Shown here one piece after another: positions 17,681 through 26,418 of a DNA stretch of 64,000 nt. Below the pieces are notes generated by a model that saw only the letters and a list, made by a program, of their open reading frames with translations, was not told the origin of the DNA and did no database searches. The first letter of the stretch is position 1. Every line of letters begins with the position of its first letter. Source of the DNA: an uncultured Gammaproteobacteria bacterium (GTDB lineage Bacteria > Patescibacteriota > Patescibacteriia > UBA10025 > JAHIVO01); assembly GCA_964628855.1 (NCBI GenBank), contig CAZVMV010000005.1, forward strand, positions 3,228 to 67,227, in the 5' to 3' direction. The position numbers and the translations under genes were made by a program.

Positions 17681-19558
17681 ATCCTGTGGATCGCGGTCAA
17701 TGACCCAAGTATCTGGTATTTGGCTAATAATTTTCGGCAGCAGTCTTTCCTGTTCTGCTGTTTTGATTTTCAAGATGATGTGCATCTTCCACTTTCGTCC
17801 GTCAAATGGATGTAGGGGAGTGATCAAGGAGATGTCCAAAGGCGAAGCCTGGAGCATACGGTAAACCCGTTGCACTTCATTTAAACATTTTTTCTTGTCA
17901 GAGCTGGCGTAAGTGCATTTTACTAATACGGCATAAGGCGGGTATTTTCCGCTCGCGTGATTACGCAAATCATTGTCATAAAATAATTCCGGTTTTTGTT
18001 GGGCAATGGCCAATAAGGCGGGGTGTTCCGGAGTCCGGGTTTGAATTACTTTGGCGCAATTAGCTGCGTAATTGAAAAAAGAAAGAATTTGGTATGTTTT
18101 TTCGCCTGACCGGAAGTCGGGGATATATAGCGCCTGATCAGCATTGAGTACGCCAATGACATTTATTCCCTCCCAATTTAGTAGTGGTAAAGCCTTTTCC
18201 GTCCCGATGATAATGTCGCCAGTCAGTCTAATTTTTGTTTTTTCAGCATCTTTATCGTAGCGGGTTATTTGAGCACGGGGCCAGCGTGTTTTCGCCTCAT
18301 TTTCAGCTTCTTGTGTGCCAGATCCCAGGAATTTAAGGAAGACTCCATGACACTTTGGACAAAATGGAGGTAGTTCGTACCTTTTATTGCATTGGTGGCA
18401 AAAAAGTATTTTATCCCTGCCATGATAAATTAGCGGTACGCGGCAGTCGTCGCATTTATGGACAAATCCGCAGTCTTTGCAGACGACCGAAGTGGATGTG
18501 CCACGCCGGTTGAGGAATAAGAAAGCTTGCTTTTTTTGTTTTAGAGCCCGTTCGACCTCATCAATCAGTTTTTCCGAAAAAAGGTAAGAATTTCGTTTCT
18601 TTACTTCTTCACGCATATCGATTATTGAAGTTTCGTGTGAATCTTCTGGCAAATCCGAGAGTTGGTAGAGAGCATGGTTTTTAATTTGAGCGTACTGTTC
18701 AACTGTAGGAGCGTGAGTAATGGAGACTATCTTTGCCCCTGTTTTTTCGCTCAACCATTTGGCTACTGTTTTGACGTCATAACGCGGGTTTTGGTCGGAC
18801 TGCTTATGGTTGCGGTTTTCGGCCTGAGTGATGATAATTGCCTCCAGTTTCGTGAATGGCAGGAACAGAGCTAATTTGGTACCGACAATGATTTTTACCT
18901 CCTTATGCAGGACACGCTGGTATACTGAATAATTTTCGTTTTTATTCAATTGGCCGTGCAGGGCAACTGTTGTTTTGATTAGTGTAGGCGGTATAAGCTT
19001 CATAATTTCGTTGCAGTCCTGGACTGTCGGGACAATGATCAAAGTGGGCAAGGCTGTATGTACGAGCATTTTCTTCATAAAAAATCGTTCGTAATCCCGT
19101 GACGATGTCCAATAAAGGCAATGGCGTGGTTGTGAGGCAGCCCATTGGTCGTATGCGGCTGAAAGTTTATCTGCGGGCATTGCGTTCAACAATTCCGGCT
19201 GAACCATTTTTTTACCAGAGCTTCCTCTTTTAGGTATTGGCGGAAGGATCATTTTTAGCACAGTGCCGCGCGATACGAAATAATAATTGCTGATCTGTTC
19301 AGCTAGAAAAAGTTGCGGTGCGGTTAAGAGGGGATGTGAGTCCCTGATGTCGTTTATTGCTTTTATTTGTTTACCGCCGATGGCCTGGTTTTTGATTTTT
19401 ATCACTACGCCTTCGCGAAGACTTTTACGGAAGGGGATTGTCACCAGTTGCCCGACAGTAATTGTTTTTTGCAACTCCGCTGGAACGGCGTAATCGAAAA
19501 CGCCCAGGTGTTTCGGAAACCGCTGTGAGAGGATTATTTCACAAAATGACTTATTCAT
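17672..19558 (-). CDS. priA: Primosomal protein N' (PriA) with degenerate ATPase motifs
   Basis: An N-terminal 3'-DNA-binding-like region and a Cys-rich Zn module (CKDCGFVHKCDDCRVPLIYH...FCHQCNKRYELPPFCPKCHG) are present. The Walker A and B positions read YWTSSRDYERF and IIITQAENRNHKQ. Confidence 0.8.
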   Translation of the reverse strand: MNKSFCEIILSQRFPKHLGVFDYAVPAELQKTITVGQLVTIPFRKSLREGVVIKIKNQAIGGKQIKAINDIRDSHPLLTAPQLFLAEQISNYYFVSRGTVLKMILPPIPKRGSSGKKMVQPELLNAMPADKLSAAYDQWAASQPRHCLYWTSSRDYERFFMKKMLVHTALPTLIIVPTVQDCNEIMKLIPPTLIKTTVALHGQLNKNENYSVYQRVLHKEVKIIVGTKLALFLPFTKLEAIIITQAENRNHKQSDQNPRYDVKTVAKWLSEKTGAKIVSITHAPTVEQYAQIKNHALYQLSDLPEDSHETSIIDMREEVKKRNSYLFSEKLIDEVERALKQKKQAFLFLNRRGTSTSVVCKDCGFVHKCDDCRVPLIYHGRDKILFCHQCNKRYELPPFCPKCHGVFLKFLGSGTQEAENEAKTRWPRAQITRYDKDAEKTKIRLTGDIIIGTEKALPLLNWEGINVIGVLNADQALYIPDFRSGEKTYQILSFFNYAANCAKVIQTRTPEHPALLAIAQQKPELFYDNDLRNHASGKYPPYAVLVKCTYASSDKKKCLNEVQRVYRMLQASPLDISLITPLHPFDGRKWKMHIILKIKTAEQERLLPKIISQIPDTWVIDRDPQDLL

Positions 19559-20069
19559 GTCGTTGGACTGTAAAACGGAATAAATTTAACTGGTCCCTGT
19601 CACGGCTGATGCCCCCTTTTTCGCAGCAGATGTCAATTTGTTCTTCTGCCGAATCAACGCCAATATTTGGCAGCAGCAGGCCCCTCCGCCCGTCCTGATT
19701 TGCCACAATCAGACCGAATTTTTTTGGGTCCAGCATTTTGATGTCAATAACTTTTTCTGGTTCAGACAGTATATCGACGCTGACTTTCAGGTTATTTGTC
19801 TCTTCTTTGCTGACCGGCGGGAAACGCGGGTCATCAAATGCTGCGGAAAGTGCATTGTTGACAATCTCTTCGGCAATGCATTTTTTTGTCGGCTCAAATG
19901 TCCCGATGCAGCCCCGTAACCTGTTATTTTTTTGCAAATGGATAGAAACAAAAACGCCCGCCCTGTTGCTCAGCATTTCCCTGGGAAGTTCGTCGGGCAA
20001 GGCAATTTTTTTACCGGTTTCCAAAAAACCGATGATACTTGTATAGGCCAGTTTTGTATATGCGTCCAT
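19551..20069 (-). CDS. AMMECR1-domain protein (AmmeMemoRadiSam system protein A-like)
   Basis: The motif RLRGCIGTFEP...AAFDDPRFPPV is present. The ATG at 20069 is preferred (the ORF is open to 20111). The stop overlaps the priA start by 8 nt. Confidence 0.8.
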   Translation of the reverse strand: MDAYTKLAYTSIIGFLETGKKIALPDELPREMLSNRAGVFVSIHLQKNNRLRGCIGTFEPTKKCIAEEIVNNALSAAFDDPRFPPVSKEETNNLKVSVDILSEPEKVIDIKMLDPKKFGLIVANQDGRRGLLLPNIGVDSAEEQIDICCEKGGISRDRDQLNLFRFTVQRHE

Positions 20070-20147
20070 GCCAATATTGTACCACGGTTGGGGAATACCA
20101 AAAACTCCCATGCCGGTAGGCAGGGGAGCTGGTTTGGTGATATTTTA

Positions 20148-20831
20148 TTACAAGTAGGACAGAATTTTTCGCGAGGCAACAAATTCCGGCTGGATCAGTC
20201 TGTAAAGGAAGGGCATACGGAATCGAACGGCGAGGAAATTTACTAATGAATTCATCGTAACATAGCTGAGTGCAATACCGGCCGTAAACAACATTCTTTC
20301 TAAAAATACGACGGGAATTAATGCGATCCAGGTTTCCGCCGGCAGATTGAAGGCATACAGGAATGTTACGCCTCCGATTGCGTGGGCTGTAAATGTAGCG
20401 CCTAAGCTGTTCATGACTAAGCTTTTTTTCGTGAATGAAGCAGCGACGGGTATCAACCAATACAGGGAATAGTACCAAGCCTGCCTACCTTCTGGATGCC
20501 CGATAAATAAGGCCATGCAGACAAGCGGGATAAAGCTGACAATGGTTTTGTATTTACGGGTGCCGAAATACAAAGCGGCGAATGCGAGGGGGAAAAGCCT
20601 GATTGTGGTCGTCAGGTCAAATGACTGGTGGTGTAGAATGACATTAAACGTTTTTACCGCAATAACAGTGATCGCTCCCCAGCCGGAAGCCAAAAAGGCT
20701 CCAATAGTAGGAGCAAAAAAGTCAAACAGAGAAAATTTTTGGCTTGAACCGATGACATTCGTAAAGGGAATTTGGAGTAAGATCAGGCCTAATGCCGTGA
20801 AAGTGACTATAAATAGAATGCGTTTTTTCAT
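20148..20831 (-). CDS. Polytopic membrane protein, unknown function
   Basis: It is 227 aa with about 6-7 hydrophobic helices. No motif was recognised. Confidence 0.55.
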   Translation of the reverse strand: MKKRILFIVTFTALGLILLQIPFTNVIGSSQKFSLFDFFAPTIGAFLASGWGAITVIAVKTFNVILHHQSFDLTTTIRLFPLAFAALYFGTRKYKTIVSFIPLVCMALFIGHPEGRQAWYYSLYWLIPVAASFTKKSLVMNSLGATFTAHAIGGVTFLYAFNLPAETWIALIPVVFLERMLFTAGIALSYVTMNSLVNFLAVRFRMPFLYRLIQPEFVASRKILSYL

Positions 20832-20846
20832 ATTAATATTAGATGC

Positions 20847-21644
20847 TTAGTTTTTTAGTTTAAAATTTGCCACCATATAGCCAACGCCAAAAGGGCCTTC
20901 GTACGAATAAATTTCCGGTTCATAAGTGATGGTGTTCAGCATGCCGAGCATCATTATGATCGAGCGCAGTCCGCATTCTCCGGCCTCCTCGACAAAATCA
21001 GCGTCAAATTTAAGGATTCCTGGTGTGTCTTTTTCTGAAATTTTCTTGATTAACGTCTCGTCGAATTTTTTCGCCCAGTGGGAAAATCCTGCAGGCGCAT
21101 CTTCTGTCAGCCGGTGGGACAGGTCGCCAGAAGCAATAATAGCGATCCTTTTCGTGTCATTGAGCATGTCCTGTTGCAGGGCAATCCCGAATTTATAGTG
21201 ATTTTCATAATCAAGCAATGAATACGAGACGGGGATAATGCGGATTTTCTTCCGGTCCAGGGCTTTGGTCAGGAAATATAATGGCACTCCGGCGCCATGA
21301 TCTAAGTCCCGAGAATTACTAAGCACCACGCGATGTTTGCTTTCAAGAATTTCCTTGTAATGGTGGATAAGCCGGATGTCGCCCTTCAAACTGAATTTTG
21401 TGTGTAAGTCACCGAATTCTTTAAACTGTACTTCGAATTCATTAGACATGTTTAGGGAAAAGGCGTCAGTATGCATCTGACCATGGGGGGAAATTACCAC
21501 AATGGCATCCGGTTTCGTGGCATACAATTCCTGAGCTAGCCGTTCCATGGACGCGGTTGTTTTTTTTACAAAACGGACATTGTCCTTACCGATGTCAGGG
21601 ATAAGTATTGGGGGGTGTGGGGTGATGGCAGAAAAGACAATCAT
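20847..21644 (-). CDS. Class-III extradiol dioxygenase (LigB)/Memo-superfamily protein
   Basis: Motifs AITPHPPILIPDIG, VVISPHG, DLDHGAGVPLYFL, GDLSHRL and AGECG are present. Confidence 0.65.
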   Translation of the reverse strand: MIVFSAITPHPPILIPDIGKDNVRFVKKTTASMERLAQELYATKPDAIVVISPHGQMHTDAFSLNMSNEFEVQFKEFGDLHTKFSLKGDIRLIHHYKEILESKHRVVLSNSRDLDHGAGVPLYFLTKALDRKKIRIIPVSYSLLDYENHYKFGIALQQDMLNDTKRIAIIASGDLSHRLTEDAPAGFSHWAKKFDETLIKKISEKDTPGILKFDADFVEEAGECGLRSIIMMLGMLNTITYEPEIYSYEGPFGVGYMVANFKLKN

Positions 21645-21661
21645 GAGGATATTATATCATA

Positions 21662-23020
21662 TTAGTTTGTTACCGAGATTGGATCTCCTTCCGGATGTAC
21701 GGTTAATAGTGCATTGTCGTTGGTCTTTACGATATTTGTCCATTTGTAACCTAATGCGTCAAACGCTTGTTTCGAGGTGATGCCGCGCCGCATGCCGTTG
21801 GAGATGACCCAGATGCCATTTGCGCCAGGCGACGTCACGAGCGTCCCATCCTTGAATTTTATCGGTTCACCACGTGGATATGCGTCGATGGATGTCTGTT
21901 CGACCAGGACCGGAACGCGGTTTGGGAACCTGTTCTGGAGTATTTCTCTGGACATGATCGGGTGACGGGTGCCGTCCTGGACGTAGGCTATGCCTCCGTT
22001 CAGCTTTGATTTCAGTAAGACGCCAGTCGGGTATTCGCTCTGCTGGGTCAAGTCTAACCCAACCGTGTATGAGTTCAGGTCAGACTCCTCGACAACAATG
22101 ACTTCTTCGGGATTGAACCCAATGTCGATAAATACTTGAGGTGAGGTGATGTAGCGTTTGTCGTTTCCGTCAATCAGGTAGATGCGGCCGGTCTGTTTTG
22201 ATCGAAGCAGGGAATAATTCGGATATTTTATCGGCTGGCCGTCTGGATAGGCGTCAACATCCGTCCGCGAAACTAAAATGATGTTTTTCGGGTCAAACCT
22301 CGAAATTAATGCGGTCTTACTGAAAAATGGGCGCTTAAGTCCGTTTTGGATCAGGTACACGCCGGCAGTACCCTGTACTTGCAAGAGGGAACCGTCGGGG
22401 TACTGTTTGGTAAACCATTTTGTCCAAAGTGTCCAAAAATTTTCATTGCCATGGAGATGGGGGGTATATGTATACAGATTTACTGTTGCTTGATTTTGCA
22501 TGGTTACTGATTGACCGTCAATAATATAAGTCCCGCCGACTTTGAAATTCCATTGTCCGGCGGTGTCAATATAATACCGATTGCGTTTCGCAGCCCAATT
22601 TACCTGGTTATAGAATCCTTTGTATTGCTTGACCTGGGGGTCACTGACAGAACAGCTGTCACAGACACCGTAACCGGTTGCCCAATCGTATTGGTATTGG
22701 GTTGGCGTCGTGTCAGTGATCAGGCTTTGTTCTTTTTGGATAGTGACGATCAGGTATTTTGGGCTGATGGTATAATATTGGGCGGCATTATAGATTATCT
22801 CTGCGGCTGACCTGGTGGTGCCCCATGGGTCGGCTTGTTTGTATCCCGCCACTGCCCCGCCGCGGTTATTTAAAAATTTTTGGATCTGCGCGACGGTCAG
22901 GGCGTTTTTTTCGACTAGGTCATTGTCGGAAATAATGTAATTTGGGTTAAAGCTAGCCGCCAATGCGATTTGCGGGCTGATTAACGTGATAAGTGAAAAA
23001 ACCGCTATTATTTTTTTCAT
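21662..23020 (-). CDS. Secreted protein: putative cell-wall glycosidase-like N-domain plus four ~60-aa C-terminal repeats
   Basis: The signal peptide is MKKIIAVFSLITLISPQIALA. The motif LIVTIQKEQSLITD is present, followed by four repeats of the form G.IY.I..G.KR.I.S...F...G.......V......YP.G.PI. Confidence 0.7.
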   Translation of the reverse strand: MKKIIAVFSLITLISPQIALAASFNPNYIISDNDLVEKNALTVAQIQKFLNNRGGAVAGYKQADPWGTTRSAAEIIYNAAQYYTISPKYLIVTIQKEQSLITDTTPTQYQYDWATGYGVCDSCSVSDPQVKQYKGFYNQVNWAAKRNRYYIDTAGQWNFKVGGTYIIDGQSVTMQNQATVNLYTYTPHLHGNENFWTLWTKWFTKQYPDGSLLQVQGTAGVYLIQNGLKRPFFSKTALISRFDPKNIILVSRTDVDAYPDGQPIKYPNYSLLRSKQTGRIYLIDGNDKRYITSPQVFIDIGFNPEEVIVVEESDLNSYTVGLDLTQQSEYPTGVLLKSKLNGGIAYVQDGTRHPIMSREILQNRFPNRVPVLVEQTSIDAYPRGEPIKFKDGTLVTSPGANGIWVISNGMRRGITSKQAFDALGYKWTNIVKTNDNALLTVHPEGDPISVTN

Positions 23021-23026
23021 AGGTAT

Positions 23027-24052
23027 TTATTCAATTATTGACAGGGGATTTTGACAGTTGCGACATGTACCACTCTTATCATGCCTTCTGATCGAATAAC
23101 CAAATCGCTCAATACACATTGTACCACATTTTGGACATGAGGTATTTTCCGATTCCAGACCAGGAATATTGCCGGTATATACGTAATGTAGGCCGGCTTG
23201 CTTGCCGATATTATAAGCTAATTGGAGTGTAGATGCTGGAGTTGCGTTTAAATGCTTTAGTTTGTAGGAGATATCCGATGAGAATGCGGAAATATGCCAG
23301 GGTGTATCAGCCCCAAGTTCCGTATATATACACCCGGCCATTTCACGGAACATTTTTTCATCATCGCTCAGCGTGGGGATGGAAAGGGTAGTGATTTCCA
23401 CCCATACCTTGTTTTTTTTGAGCGTTTTGAGGTTTTTCAGAATCGGCTCAAGTTTCGCGCCGCATGTTTTCAGGTATTCTTTTTCATTAAAAAATTTCAG
23501 ATCAACGTTGATTGCATCGAGATAGGGGATGATCAGGTCTAGAGTTTCGTCCGTCATATACCCGTTTGATACCCAGACATTTTTGATTTTTTTCTCTTTG
23601 GCGAGTTTCATGCAATCTAGCGCATACTCCATCCAGATGGTCGGCTCTGTATATGTATAGGCAATGCTTTGGCAGTTGTTTGTTAGAGCGTCAGTAATAA
23701 CTTGTTCAGGAGCAAGTTTTTCGCCGGAAATTTTCAGGTCAGTGTACCCGGATTTTTTGGAGGCTTGGGAAATCTGCCAATTTTGGCAGTTGTCGCAGCG
23801 AAAATTACATCCAATTGTGGCTATGGAGAGTGATTTTGAACCGGGCAAAAAATGGAAGAAAGGTTTTTTCTCGATCGGGTCTATTGCCTCGGATATTGCT
23901 CTGCCGTAGACCAGCAAAACAAGCTCTCCGTTGATATTTTCGCGGACGCCACATATACCGCGTTTGGACGGCAAAATATTACAGTGGTGGTTGCATACAT
24001 GGCACTGTACAGTCTGATGTTGCTTTGATTCGTAGAGCAGGGCTTTTTTCAT
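23027..24052 (-). CDS. Radical SAM enzyme of the AmmeMemoRadiSam type
   Basis: The N-terminal segment is VQCHVCNHHCNILPSKRGICGVR. The CxxxCxxC cluster is CNFRCDNCQNW, resembling a PFL-activase. Confidence 0.8.
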   Translation of the reverse strand: MKKALLYESKQHQTVQCHVCNHHCNILPSKRGICGVRENINGELVLLVYGRAISEAIDPIEKKPFFHFLPGSKSLSIATIGCNFRCDNCQNWQISQASKKSGYTDLKISGEKLAPEQVITDALTNNCQSIAYTYTEPTIWMEYALDCMKLAKEKKIKNVWVSNGYMTDETLDLIIPYLDAINVDLKFFNEKEYLKTCGAKLEPILKNLKTLKKNKVWVEITTLSIPTLSDDEKMFREMAGCIYTELGADTPWHISAFSSDISYKLKHLNATPASTLQLAYNIGKQAGLHYVYTGNIPGLESENTSCPKCGTMCIERFGYSIRRHDKSGTCRNCQNPLSIIE

Positions 24053-24131
24053 CAGTGCCGATAGTATAGCAGTTTTTCATCTTTAATTAAAGCCTCTTTG
24101 TGAAAGAAATGGCCGGTGGTATAGTGATTAT

Positions 24132-24683
24132 ATGAGGCGCATTTTCATAGCCATACCATTACCCATCGCCATCCAGGAGGAAATCGGCAAGTTGATAACC
24201 AAGCTGAAAAAATTCAGCTGGACGGTAAAATGGGAGCCCCGCGAGAAAATGCATATTACATTACGTTTTCTCGGGTATCTCGGAGATGCGGAAATTAAAA
24301 AAATTGATACGTTGATAGCAAGAGTAGCCGAAAAACATAAAAAGGTTGAATTGCAAATAGATGGTTTTGTGGCTTTCCCGAATTTCAGGTTTCCCCGAAT
24401 TATTGGGTTAAAAATAAGTAATTACAAGGAATTAAATCAGCTTCAATCTTCCATTGCCAAAATAATTGATGATGAGCGGATTGGTAAAGCTGAAATTCAC
24501 AAGTTTACCGGTCATATTACGCTCGGTCGGATGGCGTCTGCGCCTGTAAATTTAAAAGCCTTGTCTACTATAAAATTTAATCGAGTATTTACAGCCAGGT
24601 CGATTGACGTAATTGAAAGCGTTTTGAGCCCTAGTGGTTCGGATTATTTTATCATTTCGAGTTATACTTTAAAAGATGATTAA
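24132..24683 (+). CDS. thpR: RNA 2',3'-cyclic phosphodiesterase (2H phosphoesterase, ThpR/LigT)
   Basis: Two HxT motifs are present: HITLRFLG and HITLGR. Confidence 0.8.
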   Translation: MRRIFIAIPLPIAIQEEIGKLITKLKKFSWTVKWEPREKMHITLRFLGYLGDAEIKKIDTLIARVAEKHKKVELQIDGFVAFPNFRFPRIIGLKISNYKELNQLQSSIAKIIDDERIGKAEIHKFTGHITLGRMASAPVNLKALSTIKFNRVFTARSIDVIESVLSPSGSDYFIISSYTLKDD

Positions 24684-25203
24684 TTATACTAAAAAACAGC
24701 GTTTCCTCGTAGAACGAACAATAATGTTTTTGGTCAATGAAGTAGAAGCTTTTTGTCGCAACAAAAAACCGGTCATTCTTCATAGTATCCGCGTCGGTAT
24801 GAGGTGTATGGTAATGGAGCGGCCAGTCGTTACGGTAATTGCCGCATTGCTGCATGACCTTCTGGAAGATACGAAGTGTACCGAGCAAAAGATTAAAAAA
24901 CATTTTGGGAAGCGGGTTGCATTATATGTCAGAGCACTTACCATGGATTACTCGTTTCCGGATTACAAGGCGCGATGGCATGATAACATTGATCGGTTGA
25001 GGCGGATCGGACCAGAGGTGATTTTAATTAAAGCGCTTGATATTCTAGATAATTCGCCTTATTATCAGTTAATCTCGCATGACAAGAAATTTTATGCTGG
25101 TATACGCTGGCGCGCAACTTTTTTCCGTTGTTCGTTTTCACGTGAATTGAAAAGTGTCTCGTTGTATAATGAATACAAGCGGATGCTGGATAGATTGAAA
25201 TGA
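24676..25203 (+). CDS. HD-domain phosphohydrolase (small RelA/SpoT-hydrolase-like)
   Basis: The motifs HSIRVG...AALLHDLLEDT are present. It overlaps thpR by 8 nt. Confidence 0.65.
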   Translation: MINYTKKQRFLVERTIMFLVNEVEAFCRNKKPVILHSIRVGMRCMVMERPVVTVIAALLHDLLEDTKCTEQKIKKHFGKRVALYVRALTMDYSFPDYKARWHDNIDRLRRIGPEVILIKALDILDNSPYYQLISHDKKFYAGIRWRATFFRCSFSRELKSVSLYNEYKRMLDRLK

Positions 25204-25952
25204 TTATTATGCATATTTTAGGCGTAAAAATCGACAATATTTCCAATTCTGATGCCCTGTACAAGGTGCGCCGCTTTTTAAGCGGGGGAGGGCAGCACTA
25301 CATCGCCACGACCGGACCTGAATTCATCATGGCAGCACAGCGTGACCAAGAGTTCAAAAATATTTTGAATAAATCAGACCTGTCTTTGACTGACGGGTTC
25401 GGCATTGCTCTGGCCGCCCGCTACCAAGGCGACAAATTAACAGCCCGCATCCCAGGAATCGATCTCATGCTTGATATCTGCTCAATAGCGGCGGAATCTA
25501 ACCAATCAATTTTCTTACTCGGCGCCAAGCCGGGCGTGGCGGAAAAAACGGCAGTTCGCCTGATAGAGAGATTCCCAAACCTGCGTATCGCCGGTGCTGA
25601 AAGCGGCTATCGTGGATGGCACAGGCATCTGGATGATGCCAAGGTGGTGGAAATAATCAATCGGCGACAGCCGGATATATTATTTGTCGCTTTTGGGCAG
25701 GTCAAACAGGAAAAGTGGATAGCCAATCATTTGGCACAGTTGCCTACAGTAAAATTAGCCATGGGTGTGGGAGGATCATTTGATTACATCTCCGGAAAAG
25801 TGGCGCGCGCTCCAGGTTGGATGAGAAAAATAGGCTTGGAGTGGTTGTTTAGGGTCATCAGGCAGCCATGGCGCGCACCAAGAATTATCACAGCGGTAAT
25901 AAAATTCAGCTGGACGGTGATTTTCTCTAAGGGCGGACTTAAACAGTCGTAA
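25200..25952 (+). CDS. WecB/TagA/CpsF-family glycosyltransferase
   Basis: Motifs ILGVKIDNIS...TTGPEFIMAAQRD...LSLTDGFGIALAAR...GAKPGVAEK are present. It forms an ATGA overlap with the HD gene; an alternative ATG lies at 25209. Confidence 0.8.
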   Translation: MIIMHILGVKIDNISNSDALYKVRRFLSGGGQHYIATTGPEFIMAAQRDQEFKNILNKSDLSLTDGFGIALAARYQGDKLTARIPGIDLMLDICSIAAESNQSIFLLGAKPGVAEKTAVRLIERFPNLRIAGAESGYRGWHRHLDDAKVVEIINRRQPDILFVAFGQVKQEKWIANHLAQLPTVKLAMGVGGSFDYISGKVARAPGWMRKIGLEWLFRVIRQPWRAPRIITAVIKFSWTVIFSKGGLKQS

Positions 25953-26101
25953 TCCTTAGATAATTTGATAAAAAGTCTCAAACTTGAACATATTTCGTGT
26001 TCATTGGGTTTTACCGTATTTGATTTGGTCGACCATAAGCACTTGACATTTCTGGGAATTGGTAAATAGTTAAGGTGAAGTTTAAATATTAACACCAGCC
26101 T

Positions 26102-26287
26102 ATGGCCACAAAGACCACGCGCGAACTCCTCGAGGACATGAAGTTCCAGCAGATGAAAAGATTCCTCGGGATCCGTCACGTCCGGAATTACTGTTCCGGA
26201 TGCGGTGAGGAGATCCACGAGCCGGTGTACTGTCAGGATTGCCAGGAAGAAGTTGAGCGCATAAAACTGCGCAACAGCTTCAAATAA
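26102..26287 (+). CDS. Hypothetical small zinc-ribbon-like protein
   Basis: It is 61 aa with CSGC...CQDC. A weak terminator follows (stem CTGCC/GGCAG, T-run at 26359-26366). No clear RBS was found. Confidence 0.35.
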   Translation: MATKTTRELLEDMKFQQMKRFLGIRHVRNYCSGCGEEIHEPVYCQDCQEEVERIKLRNSFK

Positions 26288-26418
26288 ATTTGGAGGAGGA
26301 TCGGCTCATTCTCATAACTAGTTTACAATTCGGCAGCTGCCGCATATTCTTGGGGCAGTTTTATTTATTCTCGAATTTGGCTAATTTCCTGCCATTATGC
26401 TAAACTTACATTAAATAT

